Assembly (NCBI RefSeq): GCF_009914755.1
Contig: NC_060929.1
Length of the DNA stretch: 64,000 bases
Origin: the human T2T-CHM13v2.0 reference genome, Homo sapiens
Reading direction: 5' to 3' (one strand)
Each line of letters starts with the position of its first letter. The first letter of the stretch is position 1. Positions 1-11,378 of the stretch are shown piece by piece. A model generated the notes under the pieces. That model ran no database searches. It was not told the DNA's origin and saw only the letters and a program-made list of their open reading frames with translations. Both the position numbers and the translations under genes were made by a program.

Positions 1-85
1 GCTACCCATGATCTTAGGGCCAGTAAGTGGTCAAGTGGAATTATAAGTCAGGCAGTCTGCCTCCACAATCCATATTCTTCACCAT
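1..85 (-). mobile_element. MIR fragment
   Basis: Degenerate MIR-core-like sequence (agtaagtggtcaagtggaatt...caggcagtctgcctcc). Confidence 0.5.
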
Positions 86-216
86 CTTTCAGCACCACCT
101 AAAAACATCGATCCTGCATTGTGTACAGGTAATCTGTAGAGCTGAACATCATCGTTTTCTGGAATTTGCCTTAGAAGGCTGTTGGGAGATATAAGGTAGA
201 AAAATAAACGTATTTC

Positions 217-618
217 TGTGTTAGCCAAGATAGACTAGGCTGTATGCTATGGTAACAAATAACCCCAGTATCTCAAAAACATCTGAGTTCTTTGTTATGA
301 ACTCTGTCAGAGTTCACCCTGAGCCTGGGAGAATCTTTAGAGCAGGAGTCTCACAAGTAGTCATTAAAAAGTAAAGACTGTGTTGACTCTGGGAATCCAA
401 CATTCTCATTGAGGATCATCACAACATAGAAAGGGGCAACTGGAGAATCTTACTGGCGCTTTTACATCAGTTAAGATTTATGCACCAAAGATTGGTGCTT
501 TGACGCCCTTGCATGTGTCATTGGCCAAAACTAGTCACATGGTCTTGTTTGTAGTCCCCTTGCCCAGAAATGGAAGGAGATGTGCATATGGGTGTGGGCC
601 CAAGTCATACCCATCACA
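217..618. mobile_element. Old MaLR LTR (MLT1J/K/L-like), degraded
   Basis: TG...CA ends; MLT1-typical blocks 'ctaggctgtatgctatggtaacaaataacccc' and 'cattggccaaaactagtcacatgg'. Confidence 0.55.
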
Positions 619-2394
619 GTTTCAAAGGAGTAATTTTTTAGTGTTTGAATAATTTGAATATTTTATAGACTCTTGAAGACTTTGTTTTCTTTTTATATTA
701 CCTAATGTTCACTTAACCTCACCATAAACTAGGATGCCATTTTATTTTAAACACAGATAGAAATGAGTCTACTATAACCCTGCTAAAAGCTTAGTGGGGG
801 GAATTAACAACATTTAATATGATGAGGATTGAGTTTTATTACAACTTTTAACAACCATATTTGAATTCTGTCTGAGAATAGTCACCAACAGGCATTTTTA
901 ATTTAAACACTTTAGAATTGCATACTAAATTTTCAGTTGTCAAGTTTCTGAATAAATAATCTTTCAATTATAATTAAGTTCCTAAATGAATTGTCCCCCA
1001 AATATTACATAAACCTAAATTGAAGATACATACTTATCTCTCCAGAATAGCCAAATAAATATCATGACTTACTACAGAAATTTAGGACTGTGATGATGTA
1101 AATTATGATATATGTATATATAATATTAATCTAGAGGACAATGTATTTGGATAAAAATATCAACTCGAAACAAGAAAGCCCGTGTTTGAGTCTCAGTCCT
1201 TCTAGATCTTAAGTGCTCCTGATAGAGCACTTACTCAACCAGGTTTGAGATTTGGTTTAAAACGTAGATAATGGTGCCACTCTTTCCACTTAATGGGGAT
1301 GTTGAGTCATTAAGTATGTATCCTGAGATCACCTGGACTCCTCCATTACAATGTAATAAACAATATCAACAGAAGGATGCTACAATAACATAAACCCCAG
1401 ATGAATTTCTAAGGCAATGGGACTACAAGCTTCAGTTCTTTCCTAGACAGCAATGCTGAAATGCAAAATGGATGAGGCAAAACGGATATGCAATTTCAGA
1501 ATTCAACAAGTCTGCAGTCTTCAGAGTTACTGAATAGACAGAGCCACTAAATTATTCTACTTCATTCTTTGTATAGGTCAGAAACGTCTCCCAAACTTTT
1601 TTATAATATCTTCTAGATTGGTGCTAACTAGACTATGTATGGTCTCATAGGAAATTACTATTTACTCAATGTTTTGCTTTAAATTTTACTGTGTTATTTG
1701 CATGGGATAAAAGCTCTTCTGCTAACACAGAGTGGGTTACACACATAGTTAAGGTCAGTTGTATCTTCTGTTTCCTTTATTTACTCAAACTTCAATTCTT
1801 TCTCAACTCATGTCTTTCTTGTAGTAACATTTATAGAAATGATATGTATTACCCCTGCTTAATTTTATCTAATCCTTCACAAGGTCGTGGTCCTTGCTAA
1901 AAGCTTAGTACTCATTCCTCAAATTACATGGTTTCACACATTTTATTTCTAAATATTTATTTCTCTGGTAACATTAATTATCTTCTATTACCACCCAGTT
2001 TCCTAACAATTTCGCCTGTATTCCTCCTTTGAAGGACACCACCTGCCAACATGTTGTTATGAGGTCCTAATTACTTAATGAATGTGAAAATACTAAGAGT
2101 AAAACCTTGAACAAATACAAATCATTCTTATTAATTTGTGACACTTCTTACCAAATTACTCGTGTTCTTTGTTAATATGGTGGATTGTTTTTTATTTGCC
2201 TTAGTTGATGCTAATGATATTGTTTTCATCTTATTTATAAAGTAATCATTTTACTTAGATATTTTTGTAGTTTATATTATCAGGTAAGCCTAATAATTCT
2301 CTTAGAACCTTACCAATTCATCTGTAGAAGTCTCATTTTTGATGGATTACATTTTGTGAATTAGAAAGTCGGCAAATGAGCATGATAGAATTCT

Positions 2395-2688
2395 GGCCGG
2401 GCGCGGTGGCTCACGCCTGTAATCCCAGCACTTTGGGAGACCGAGGCGGGCGGATCACGAGGTCAGGAGATCGAGACCATCCTGGCTAACACGGTGAAAC
2501 CCCGTCTGTACTAAAAATACAAAAAATTAGCCGGGCGAGGTGGCGGGCGCCTGTAGTCCCAGCTACTCGGGAGGCTGAGGCAGGAGAATGGCGTGAACCC
2601 CAGGGGGCGGAGCCTGCAGTGAGCCGAGATTGCGCCACTGCACTCCAGCCTGGGCGACAGCGAGACTCCGTCTCAAAAAAAAAAAAAA
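2395..2688 (+). mobile_element. Full-length young AluY, AluYe lineage (Ye5/Ye6-like)
   Basis: Complete dimer from GGCCGGGCGCGG to A-tail with CpGs largely intact. Ye-type diagnostics GGGCGAGGTGG, AACCCCAGGGGGCGGAGCCT and GACAGCGAG. TSD AGAATTCT at 2387-2394 and 2689-2696. Confidence 0.93.
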
Positions 2689-3911
2689 AGAATTCTAAGA
2701 AAACTGAAACAAAAAGCATGGTTTAATAAACTGTTTTGACAAGTGTAGCCTAGTTTTAATTACAATAACTTGTAATAGCACATGAATAAATGTATTTAGA
2801 GTATAATTCGTGAAACTAAAGTCTAATACACTAGTCTTCTTTACATCTTCTAAAAATATTCATTCAAGAATAAACCATCTTTTGTTTTAAAAAAATATCT
2901 AGGTTTGTGGTTTAAAACTTAATTTTTCAGTGATATTTAAAAAATTCTGACCAAGCATAAAAGTTTGTGATATATTTGAATACATATTTCAGTGAAGTGC
3001 ATTTCAAAAGGACTGAGAACTGGAGTCCTATGGTTACAGTGATTTATGGTTTCATACATTCACCAATATGAATATTGCCAATAAAAGTCCAAAAATATCA
3101 TCTGGCACTATTATTTTCTACCCGTTCAAACCACCCTTTATGACAAAAATCGAGTATTTGGATTGATTTATTTTATCTTTTTTTAAAAACTTTATAGTTG
3201 TATCAAATAATGACTATATCTTATGTGATATTGAAAATACAGTACTGAAGTTCTGGGCTGTATAAAACAGATTTTTTTTCTAAGTGGACTTATCAGTTAT
3301 TAGAGAATTAATATTAAAATTAGCTCCTCCATATGACTTCTCAATAATTTTTCTGATTACCTAAACTCCAAATTTCAGCTATAGTTAGCTTTTCAATCTC
3401 TCTCATTTTTTTAAATCTAAGTAATTTTAACTTTTTGCCATGTCTTCCTTTGTAAAGTCATTCCCAATGACTGTCCTCAGATGGGCTTTTATCATCTCCC
3501 TTCTGAAAGTTGCATTTCCCACCTGCCTGCTCACTTGACCTCTTGCCTTAGTTTCTACTCCATCCTGCCAATACCCAATGGAGAAACTTTCCTCTCGCCA
3601 TTTCATCTCAATCCAAAAATTTTGATGGTTTAGGACTATCTGCTATTTAAAATTCTTACGTCTGGTCTTGGCAGTCCTAACAAAAACACTTCAAAGTCTA
3701 TCTTAATAATCTCCCAATCTAGCGACCCCAATACTGAGAAGGCTGCTCCAGCTGAGTAGTCTAATTACTGTTCCTCTGACATGCCTTGCTGCACCTTTTC
3801 CTGGATTTACGGCCCAGCCTGAAATAACTTCGTTTTGTAAGCCTTGCTCTGTAGATTTTCACCATTTATCTGAATCTTATCATAACTTGTAAAAAAAAAT
3901 CTTATTCCAAC

Positions 3912-3944
3912 ATATATATGTGTGTGTGTGTATATATATATATA
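3912..3944. repeat. (TA)n/(TG)n compound microsatellite
   Basis: atatatatgtgtgtgtgtgtatatatatatata. Confidence 0.85.
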
Positions 3945-3949
3945 AAACC

Positions 3950-4317
<368 letters not shown>

Positions 4318-4769
4318 TTAGTAATTAAATATGCTTTTGTAGTGTGCATCTTTTTCTTAAATTAGCAGTATTATTAAAGGCAGTACTTACCATACCTACG
4401 TTTACTAACAAGAAACATATAGTTTCTTGTATTCAAGTTGTATTCAAGTTGAAGAAATTGTATAGTGTATTCAAGTTGAAGAAATTTAAAATGATTAAGT
4501 TGAATTCCTTCACTTTATTGACCTCTTAATAGGCTGAATAAACTTGTGAAACCACATGCACAGAAATGTAAGTTTCCTCATTTGAGATAAAATATATTCC
4601 TATTTCTTCCAACAAAGTGGTTCTCTAGAGAAGATGGACTGCTACAAAGTGGTGTGTTAGTATCTGAATCTTGGTTCTGAAGAGGTAAGCAAAAAAATTT
4701 GAGCTAATGATGTAAAATGCTGTAACCAACAAAAAGAAGGAGAGGAAGTGAAAAATAAACAAAATTAAG

Positions 4770-4925
4770 AAATATACACTCAACAGAAAAATATGTGTGT
4801 GAAGTAATGCATATGTTAAATAGCTCAATGTAGCCATTCCACAATGTATACATATTTCAAAACATGTTATACTTGACAAATACATATAAATGTTTTATCT
4901 GTTTAAATAGTTTATGAAAGAAATA
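4770..4925 (+). mobile_element. L1MA 3'-end fragment
   Basis: 'gtaatgcatatgttaaatagctcaatgtagccattccacaatgtatacatatttcaaaaca' resembles the L1MA 3' UTR terminus. Confidence 0.65.
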
Positions 4926-5531
4926 AGCAATTAATATATTGTGCTTAAAATTTGACCTGAACCAAGAAAATAAAAGTTAGGCCCTTAAATTAATGTATGA
5001 AGATTTAGTTACACTTTTATCACTTAGATTATAATATTTATGTTGACTTTTTTAAAACAAGTTTGAAAGGAAAACAAATTTGAAGATATTCTCTACTTTG
5101 AGTGACTTTATTTGGAGAAAAAGTTGCTTTTTCCTCCCAGGAAGCATATAGCTGATAAGAGGGATTTCTGAGAGACAGGTCCCTTGTATAAATGTTCCTC
5201 TGAGGATGAGGCTTTTAGTTAGGTTTATATTTAGTCATTCAATTTCATACATTTAAAGATCCATCTCACGCTAAACTCCGTCCCAATCACTATGGTGATG
5301 TAGATGGGACAAGAATGAGTACTCCCTGCTGGCAAATGATCTCCGTGTCAGACACGAAGATAAAAATATAAGAGATAAATACAATTTGCAACTGGAATTG
5401 TACAGATGGCATTCTCCTTAAACCATCCTAAACCTGTCCACTTACTGGAATAAACACACAAAGTTACATGAGTTTTCTTCCCAGTGAGAAAATTCTAATA
5501 GTTTTAGTATGGTTATGTTCAGCATTTACAT

Positions 5532-6023
5532 TTTCATGCGCGTCCATGTGAAGAGACCACCAAACAGGCTTTGTGTGAGCAACATGGCTGTTTATTTCAC
5601 CTGGGTGCAGGCGGGCTGAGTCCGAAAAGAGAGTCAGCGAAGGGAGATAAGGGTGGGGCCGTTTTATAGGATTTGGGTAGGTAAAGGAAAATTACAGTCA
5701 AAGGGGGTTTGTTCTCTGGCGGGCAGGAGTGGGGGTCGCAAGGTGCTCAGTGGGGGTGCTTTTTGAGCCAGGATGAGCCAGGAAAAGGACTTTCACAAGG
5801 TAATGTCATCACTTAAGGCAAGGACCTTAAGTTAGTCAAAACTTAAGACAAACTTAAGACAAAAGAAGTATTTACACTTCTTTTGTGGTGGAATGTCATC
5901 AGTTAAGGTGGGGCAGGGCATATTCACTTCTTTTGTGATTCTTCAGTTACTTCAGGCCATCTGGGCGTATACGTGCAAGTCACAGGGGATGCGATGGCTT
6001 GGCTTGGACTCAGAGGCCTGACA
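5532..6023 (-). mobile_element. HERV-H 3' LTR (LTR7, 492 bp including a private insertion)
   Basis: Minus strand runs TGTCAGGCCTCTGAG...GCGCATGAAA; AATAAA at 5591-5596 (minus); 39 bp longer than the 5' LTR. Confidence 0.96.
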
Positions 6024-6036
6024 TTCCTGCCTTCTT
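6024..6036 (-). other. Polypurine tract (PPT)
   Basis: Minus-strand AAGAAGGCAGGAA directly abuts the TG of the 3' LTR. Confidence 0.85.
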
Positions 6037-6449
6037 ATATTAATAAGAAAAATAAAACAAAATAGTGTTGAATTGTTGGGGCGGCGAAAACTTTTTGGGG
6101 GTGGTATGGAGAGACAGAGAATGGCCGATGTTTCTCAGGGCTGCTTCGAGCAGGGTGAGGGGTGGCGTGGGAACCTAGAGTGGGAGAGATTAAGCTGAAG
6201 GAAGATTTTGTGGTAAGGGGTGATACTGTGGGGTCGTTAGAAGAAACTTTGTCATGTAGAATGATTGGTGATGGCCTGGATACAGTTTTGTATGAATTGA
6301 AAAACTAAATGGAATAAGAGAAGAAAAACAGGTATAAAAGGTCTAAGAATTGGGAGGACCCAGGACATCTGATTAGAGAGTGCCTAAGGGGTTTCAGCAA
6401 AGTCCTGCCAGCAAAGATTATTTATTTACTTCAAGAGTTTAGAGTGGCG

Positions 6450-8540
6450 GTTTGGGGATAGCACCAGGAGATATCAGCTGTGATGGCTTGGAGAAACAGT
6501 GTAAACAAGAGCAGGGCAGGTATGAGTAGTTGAGAACCGTGAATAGGAGTATGACTAGACAGAAGATAGTAGGGATGACAAGTTTTTTGGGGCACAGTCT
6601 AAGTTGGTCTGGTGTCTGGAATGAGACTGGGGCCTAATAAAAAGGAGCGTCTATACAGGAACTTAAATGGGGTGTACCTTGTAGCATTCTGAGGACAGGC
6701 CTGAATTCTGAGATGCGAAAGTGGTAAAAGTATTGTCCAGTCCTTTTTAAGTTGGTGGCTGAGCTTGGTGAGGTGTGTTTTTAAAAGACCTTTAGTCCGT
6801 TCTACTTTTCTTGAAGATGGAGGACCGTAAAGGATATAAAGTTTTCACTGAATACTAAGAGCCTGAAAAACTGCTTGGCTGATTTGACTAATAAAGGCTG
6901 GTCTGTTATCAGACTGTACAGAGGTGGGAAGGCTAAACTGAGGAATTATGTCTGACAGAAGGGAAGAAATGACTGTGGTGGCCTTCTCAGACCCTGTAGG
7001 AAAGGCCTTTACTTATTCAGTGAAAGTGTCTATTCAGACTAAGAGGTATTTTAGTTCCCTGACTCGGGACATGTTGAGTAAAGCTAATCTGCCAGTCCTG
7101 GGTGGGGGCAAATCCTCGAGCTTGATGTGTAGGGAAGGGAGGGGGCCTGAATTATCCCTGAGGAGTAGTAGAATAGCAGATGGAACACTGAGAAGTTATT
7201 TCCTTGAGGATAGATTTCCACGATGGAAAGGAAATGAGAGGTTCTAAGAGGCGGGCTAGTGGCTTGTACTATAGCATAACCTGTCTTTGCTGGTGTGTGG
7301 CGATTAGGCCTGGTGGAACCGCCGTCAATAAATCAAGCGTGATCAGGGTGAGGAACAGGAAAGAAGGAAATTTGGGGAAATGGGGTGAATGTCAGGTGGA
7401 TCAGAGAGATACAGTCATGGGGGTCAGGTGTGGTATCAGTAATAATGTGGGAGGCCGGATTCAAGTCTGGGCCAGGAACAACGGTAATTGTGGGAGAGTC
7501 AAGAAAAAGTGAGTATAGCTGAAGGAGCCAGGAAGAAGAAAGTATATGCATCAGGTATGAGGAAGAAAATAGATTTTGGAAGTTATGAGAACTGTAGAGA
7601 GTGAGTTGAGCATAGTTTGTGACTTTGAGGGCCTCTGTAAGTATTAAAGCAGTGGCAGCCGCTGCACGCAGACATGAGGGCTAGGCTAAAACAGTAAGGT
7701 CAAGTTGGACAGAAAGGCTACAGGGTGTGGTCCTGGCTCTTGTGTAAGAATTCTGACCACACTAACCATGCCTAGGAAGGAAAGGAGTTGTTGTTTTGTA
7801 GAAGGTGCTGGGGTTTGAGAGATCAGTCAGACAAGATTGGCAGGGAGAGCACGTGTGTTTTTATGAGAATTATGCCGAGATAGGTAACAGATGAGGAAGA
7901 AACTTGGGCTTGATTGAAGTAATGGGGGCTGTCTGTGAAGCTTTGCAGCAGTACAGCCTAGGTAATTTGCTGAGCTTGATGGGTGTCAGGGTCAGTCCTA
8001 GTGAAAGCGAAGAGAGGCTGGGATGAAGGGTACAAAGCAATAGTAAAGAAAGCGTGTTTGAGACCTAGAACAGAATAATGGGTTGTAGAGGCAGGTATTG
8101 AGGATAGGAGAGTATATGGGTTTGGCACCACGGGGTGGATAGGCAAAACAATTTGGTTGATAAGGCGCAGATCCTGAACTAACTTGTAAGGCTTGTCTGG
8201 TTTTAGGACAGGTAAAATGGGGGCATTGTCAGGAGAGTTTATAGGCTTTAAAAGGCCATGCTGTAGCAGGCGAGTGATAACAGGCTTTAAATCTTTTTAA
8301 AGCGTGCTGCGGGATGGGATATTGGCCTTGAGTGGGGTAAGGGTGATTAGGTTTTAATGAGATGGTGAGGGGTGCATGATCGGTCGCCAAGGAGGGAGTA
8401 GAGGTGTCTTATACTTGTGGGTTAAGGTGGGGGGATACAAGAGGAGGATGCAAAGGAGGCTTTAGATTGTGAAGAAGGGTGGCAATGAGATACAGCTGTA
8501 GTCCAGGAATAGTCAGGGAAGCAGATAATTTAGTTAAAGT
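6450..8540 (-). pseudogene. HERV-H pol remnant (RT, RNase H/integrase), frameshifted and deleted
   Basis: ORF 7958-8146 reads PVVPNPYTLLS...VLGLKHAFF, a decayed RT 'LDLKDAFF' motif. Integrase-type QDWQISFT near 7070-7100. No long ORF; boundaries approximate. Confidence 0.85.
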
Positions 8541-8543
8541 GTC

Positions 8544-8768
8544 TCAGCCTAATAAGGGAACTGGGCAGGTGGGGATAACTAAAAAGGAGTGCTTAAAAGA
8601 GTATTGTCCAAGTTGGCACCAGAGTTGGGGAGTTTTAAGAGGTTTAGAAGCCTGGCCATCAATACCCACAACAGTTATGGAGGCAAGGGAAACAGGCCCT
8701 TGAAAAGAAAGTAATGTGGAGTGGGTAGCCTCCGTGCTGATTAAGAAGGGGACGGGCTTGCCTTCCAC
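8544..8768 (-). pseudogene. HERV-H protease remnant
   Basis: FLISTEATHS is a decayed L-x-DTGA active site with the catalytic Asp lost; C-terminal PTCPVPLLG. Confidence 0.85.
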
Positions 8769-8948
8769 TGTGAGAGTTACCCAAAGCTCGGCGTCGGTGA
8801 TGGTCTAGGGGGCTTCCGAGGCGATCGGGCAGTGTCAATCTTCAGCCGCTAAGCCGAGAAGATCTGGGAAGGAGTTGGTCAGAGAGCCTTGGGCCAGAGT
8901 TCCAGGGGCTCTGGGAGTGGCTGCCAGGTGAGTTGAACAGTCCAATTT

Positions 8949-9185
8949 TCAGTGGGGTCTCACACAGATGGGACACAGCTTAGGAGGAATCCCGGGCTGC
9001 GGGCATTCCTTGGCCCAGTGGCCAGATTTCTGGCACATGTAGCAAGCTCCTGTGGGAGGAGGTTCTGGAGGAACGCCTGGCCGCTGCAGTTCAGGCATTT
9101 GGAAGTTCTTGTGTGCTGGAGATGTGGCTGGGGTTTGTCTCACAGTGGAGGCAAGGAATTGCAACTTTTTTCTATTATTGTACAC
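8949..9185 (-). pseudogene. HERV-H gag C-terminus (nucleocapsid) remnant
   Basis: CYMCQKSGHWAKEC (CX2CX4HX4C), followed by a second knuckle CPICVRPH cut by a stop. Confidence 0.88.
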
Positions 9186-10149
9186 CTTGAAGGCGAGGTT
9201 AATTAAATCCTGTTGTGGGGTTTGAGGGCCAGAATTTAATTTTTGGAGTTTTATTTAATGTCGGGAGCAGATTGGGTAATAAAACGTATTTTGAGAATAA
9301 GATGGCCTTTTGACCTTTTAGGGTCTAGGGCTGTAAAGTGTCTCAGGGTTGCTGCCAAACAAGTCATGAACTGGGCTGGATTTTTATATTTGATAAAAAA
9401 GATCCTAAACGCTATCCGATTTGGGATAAAGAAAAAGGAGCATTAACCTTGACTATGCATTTAGCTCCAGCCACCTTTTTAAGAGTAAATTGCTGGGCAG
9501 GAGGGGGAGGGCTAGTCACGGAACGAAACTGAAAGCCGGACCAGGTGTGAGGAGGGGAGGTGATAAAAAGATTATAGGGTGGAGGAGCAGAGGCTGAGGA
9601 AGAATTGGGATCTAGCTCGGCCTGGCAAGGAGCAGCCTGGAGAGGAAAGGAGAGGTCAGATGGGTCTGTAGAAAAGGAAGATTAGAAAGACTCAGCAACG
9701 CTTGGGGTTGGTACTGAGGGGATAGACAGGAGGGAAAGAAGGAAGATTTGGGACGAGTTGCACTGGGCACAGAGACTAGGAAGGGACTGATGTGTAAAAG
9801 AATGCCTGGACGTCAGGCACCTCAGACCGTTTGCCTATTTTATGACAAGAATTATTTAGATCTTGCAGGATGGAAAAATTCAAAGTGCCATTTTCTGGCT
9901 ATTTGGAACGACTGTCGAATTTGTACTGGGGTCAAGCGGCATTGCAGAAGAAAATAAGGCATTTAGGTTTTAGGTCAGGTGTGAATGGAAGAGGTTTTAA
10001 GTTTTTGAGAACACAGGCCAAGGGAGTAGAAGAAGGAATGGAGGGTGAAAGATTGCCCATAGTGAGGGAAGCAAGCCTAGAGAAAAGAGAGAGCAGAGAA
10101 ATGGAGGGAAGGGGTTCAGGGGTTCTTACCTTCCAGAAAAGTGGGAAAA

Positions 10150-10330
10150 GGGGTTGGGGTGCAGAGATAAGAGGTTGGGGTGTGGAAATAAGTGATGGGG
10201 CTCAGAAATAAGGGGTCGGGACACAGAAATAAGGGGTCGGGGCACGGAAATAAGGGATTGGGGCGCCGAGATAAGAGGTCGGGGCATGGAAATAAGGGAT
10301 TGGGGCGCAGAGATACGAGGTTGGGGTACT
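10150..10330. repeat. ~21-bp G-rich tandem repeat (~8 copies) in the HERV-H leader
   Basis: Units such as gggtcggggcacggaaataag and ggattggggcgcagagatacg. Confidence 0.85.
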
Positions 10331-10773
10331 TGCCCCTCCTGTAGAAAAGTGGGACTTGCCGCTAAGAGTGAAGGAGAAGGGGTTGAGGGGTACTTGCCCT
10401 TCCCCTAGAAAAGCAGAGAAGGGGTAGAGACAAGGAGAGAAGGGGTTGGGGTACTTGCCCCTTCCCCAGAAAAGCGGGACTTGCTGTTAAGGGTGAAGGA
10501 CCAAGGCAGGCGTCCCTGCGTGGTCTGACACCTTTGAAACATGGGTGAATAATCAGAGAGGTGTCCGTGAAATGATTAAACACCAAGGGAAGGCTGCCTT
10601 CCCAGTCCGTGACCGGCGCCGGAGTTTTGGGTCCACGGATAAAACGTGTCTTCTTTGTCTCTCCCAGAAAATGAAAGGAATTGAAATTAAGAGAAGGGAG
10701 AGGTTGAAGAGTGGAAAGGAGAAAGTAGTGGAGGGACAGTGAGAGAGGTTGGAGAAGAGAGTAAGAAGAGGCC

Positions 10774-10782
10774 GCTTACCTG
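10774..10782 (-). promoter_or_regulatory. HERV-H major splice donor
   Basis: Minus-strand CAG|GTAAGC (exon ends at 10780), about 145 nt downstream of the 5' LTR. Confidence 0.7.
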
Positions 10783-10905
10783 ATTTAAAATTGGTGAGAT
10801 CTTCCTTGGGCTGGTCGGTCTGAGGACCTGAGGTTGTAGGTGGATCTTTCTCAGGGAGCAAAGAACAGGAGGACAGGGGATTGATCTCCCAAGGGAGGTC
10901 CCCCG

Positions 10906-10923
10906 ATCCGAGTCACGGCACTA
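10906..10923 (-). other. Primer binding site, tRNA-His (one mismatch)
   Basis: TAGTGCCGTGACTCGGAT versus the canonical TGGTGCCGTGACTCGGAT, 2 nt from the 5' LTR. Confidence 0.9.
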
Positions 10924-10925
10924 AA

Positions 10926-11378
10926 TTTCATGCACGTCCGTGTGAAGAGACCACCAAACAGGCTTTGTGTGAGCAACATGGCTGTTTATTTCACCTGGGT
11001 GCAGGCGGGCTGAGTCCGAAAAGAGAGTCAGCGAAGGGAGATAAGGGTGGGGCCATTTTATAGGATTTGGGTCGGTAAAGGAAAATTACAGTCAAAGGGG
11101 GTTTGTTCTCTGGCGGGCAGGAGTGGGGGTCGCAAGGTGCTCAGTGGGGGTGCCTTTTGAGCCAGGATGAGCCAGGAAAAGGACTTTCACAAGGTAATGT
11201 CATCACTTAAGGCAAGGACTAGCCATTTACACTTCTTTTGTGGTGGAATGTCATCAGTTAAGGTGGGGCAAAGTGTATTCACTTCTTTTGTGATTCTCCA
11301 GTTACTTCAGGCCATCTGGGCGTATACGTGCAAGTCACAGGGGATGCGATGGCTTGGCTTGGGCTCAGAGGCCTGACA
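10926..11378 (-). promoter_or_regulatory. HERV-H 5' LTR (LTR7, 7up-like), 453 bp; candidate promoter/enhancer
   Basis: On the minus strand: TATAAAA at 11056-11062, AATAAA at 10985-10990, and two ACAAAAGA motifs (11234-11241, 11284-11291). Confidence 0.93.

Larger units (their letters stand above)
5532..11378 (-). mobile_element. HERV-H provirus (LTR7-int-LTR7), common ~5.8-kb internally deleted form
   Basis: Two near-identical LTRs, 5-bp TSD TACAT (5527-5531 and 11379-11383), tRNA-His PBS, PPT, and gag zinc-knuckle, protease, RT and integrase remnants on the minus strand. Confidence 0.97.

Noticed and set aside
10150-10330. CRISPR-like or prokaryotic repeat array
   Set aside because: Head-to-tail units with no unique spacers, inside a retroviral leader in primate DNA.
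6948-10742. Plus-strand ORFs within the provirus
   Set aside because: Antisense to HERV-H, G-rich and stop-poor, with no recognisable domain.
10362-11031. ESRG-like ORF in the HERV-H LTR/leader
   Set aside because: It starts with CTG rather than ATG, has TAG at 10921-10923 and another stop downstream; only fragments such as 10362-10586 remain.
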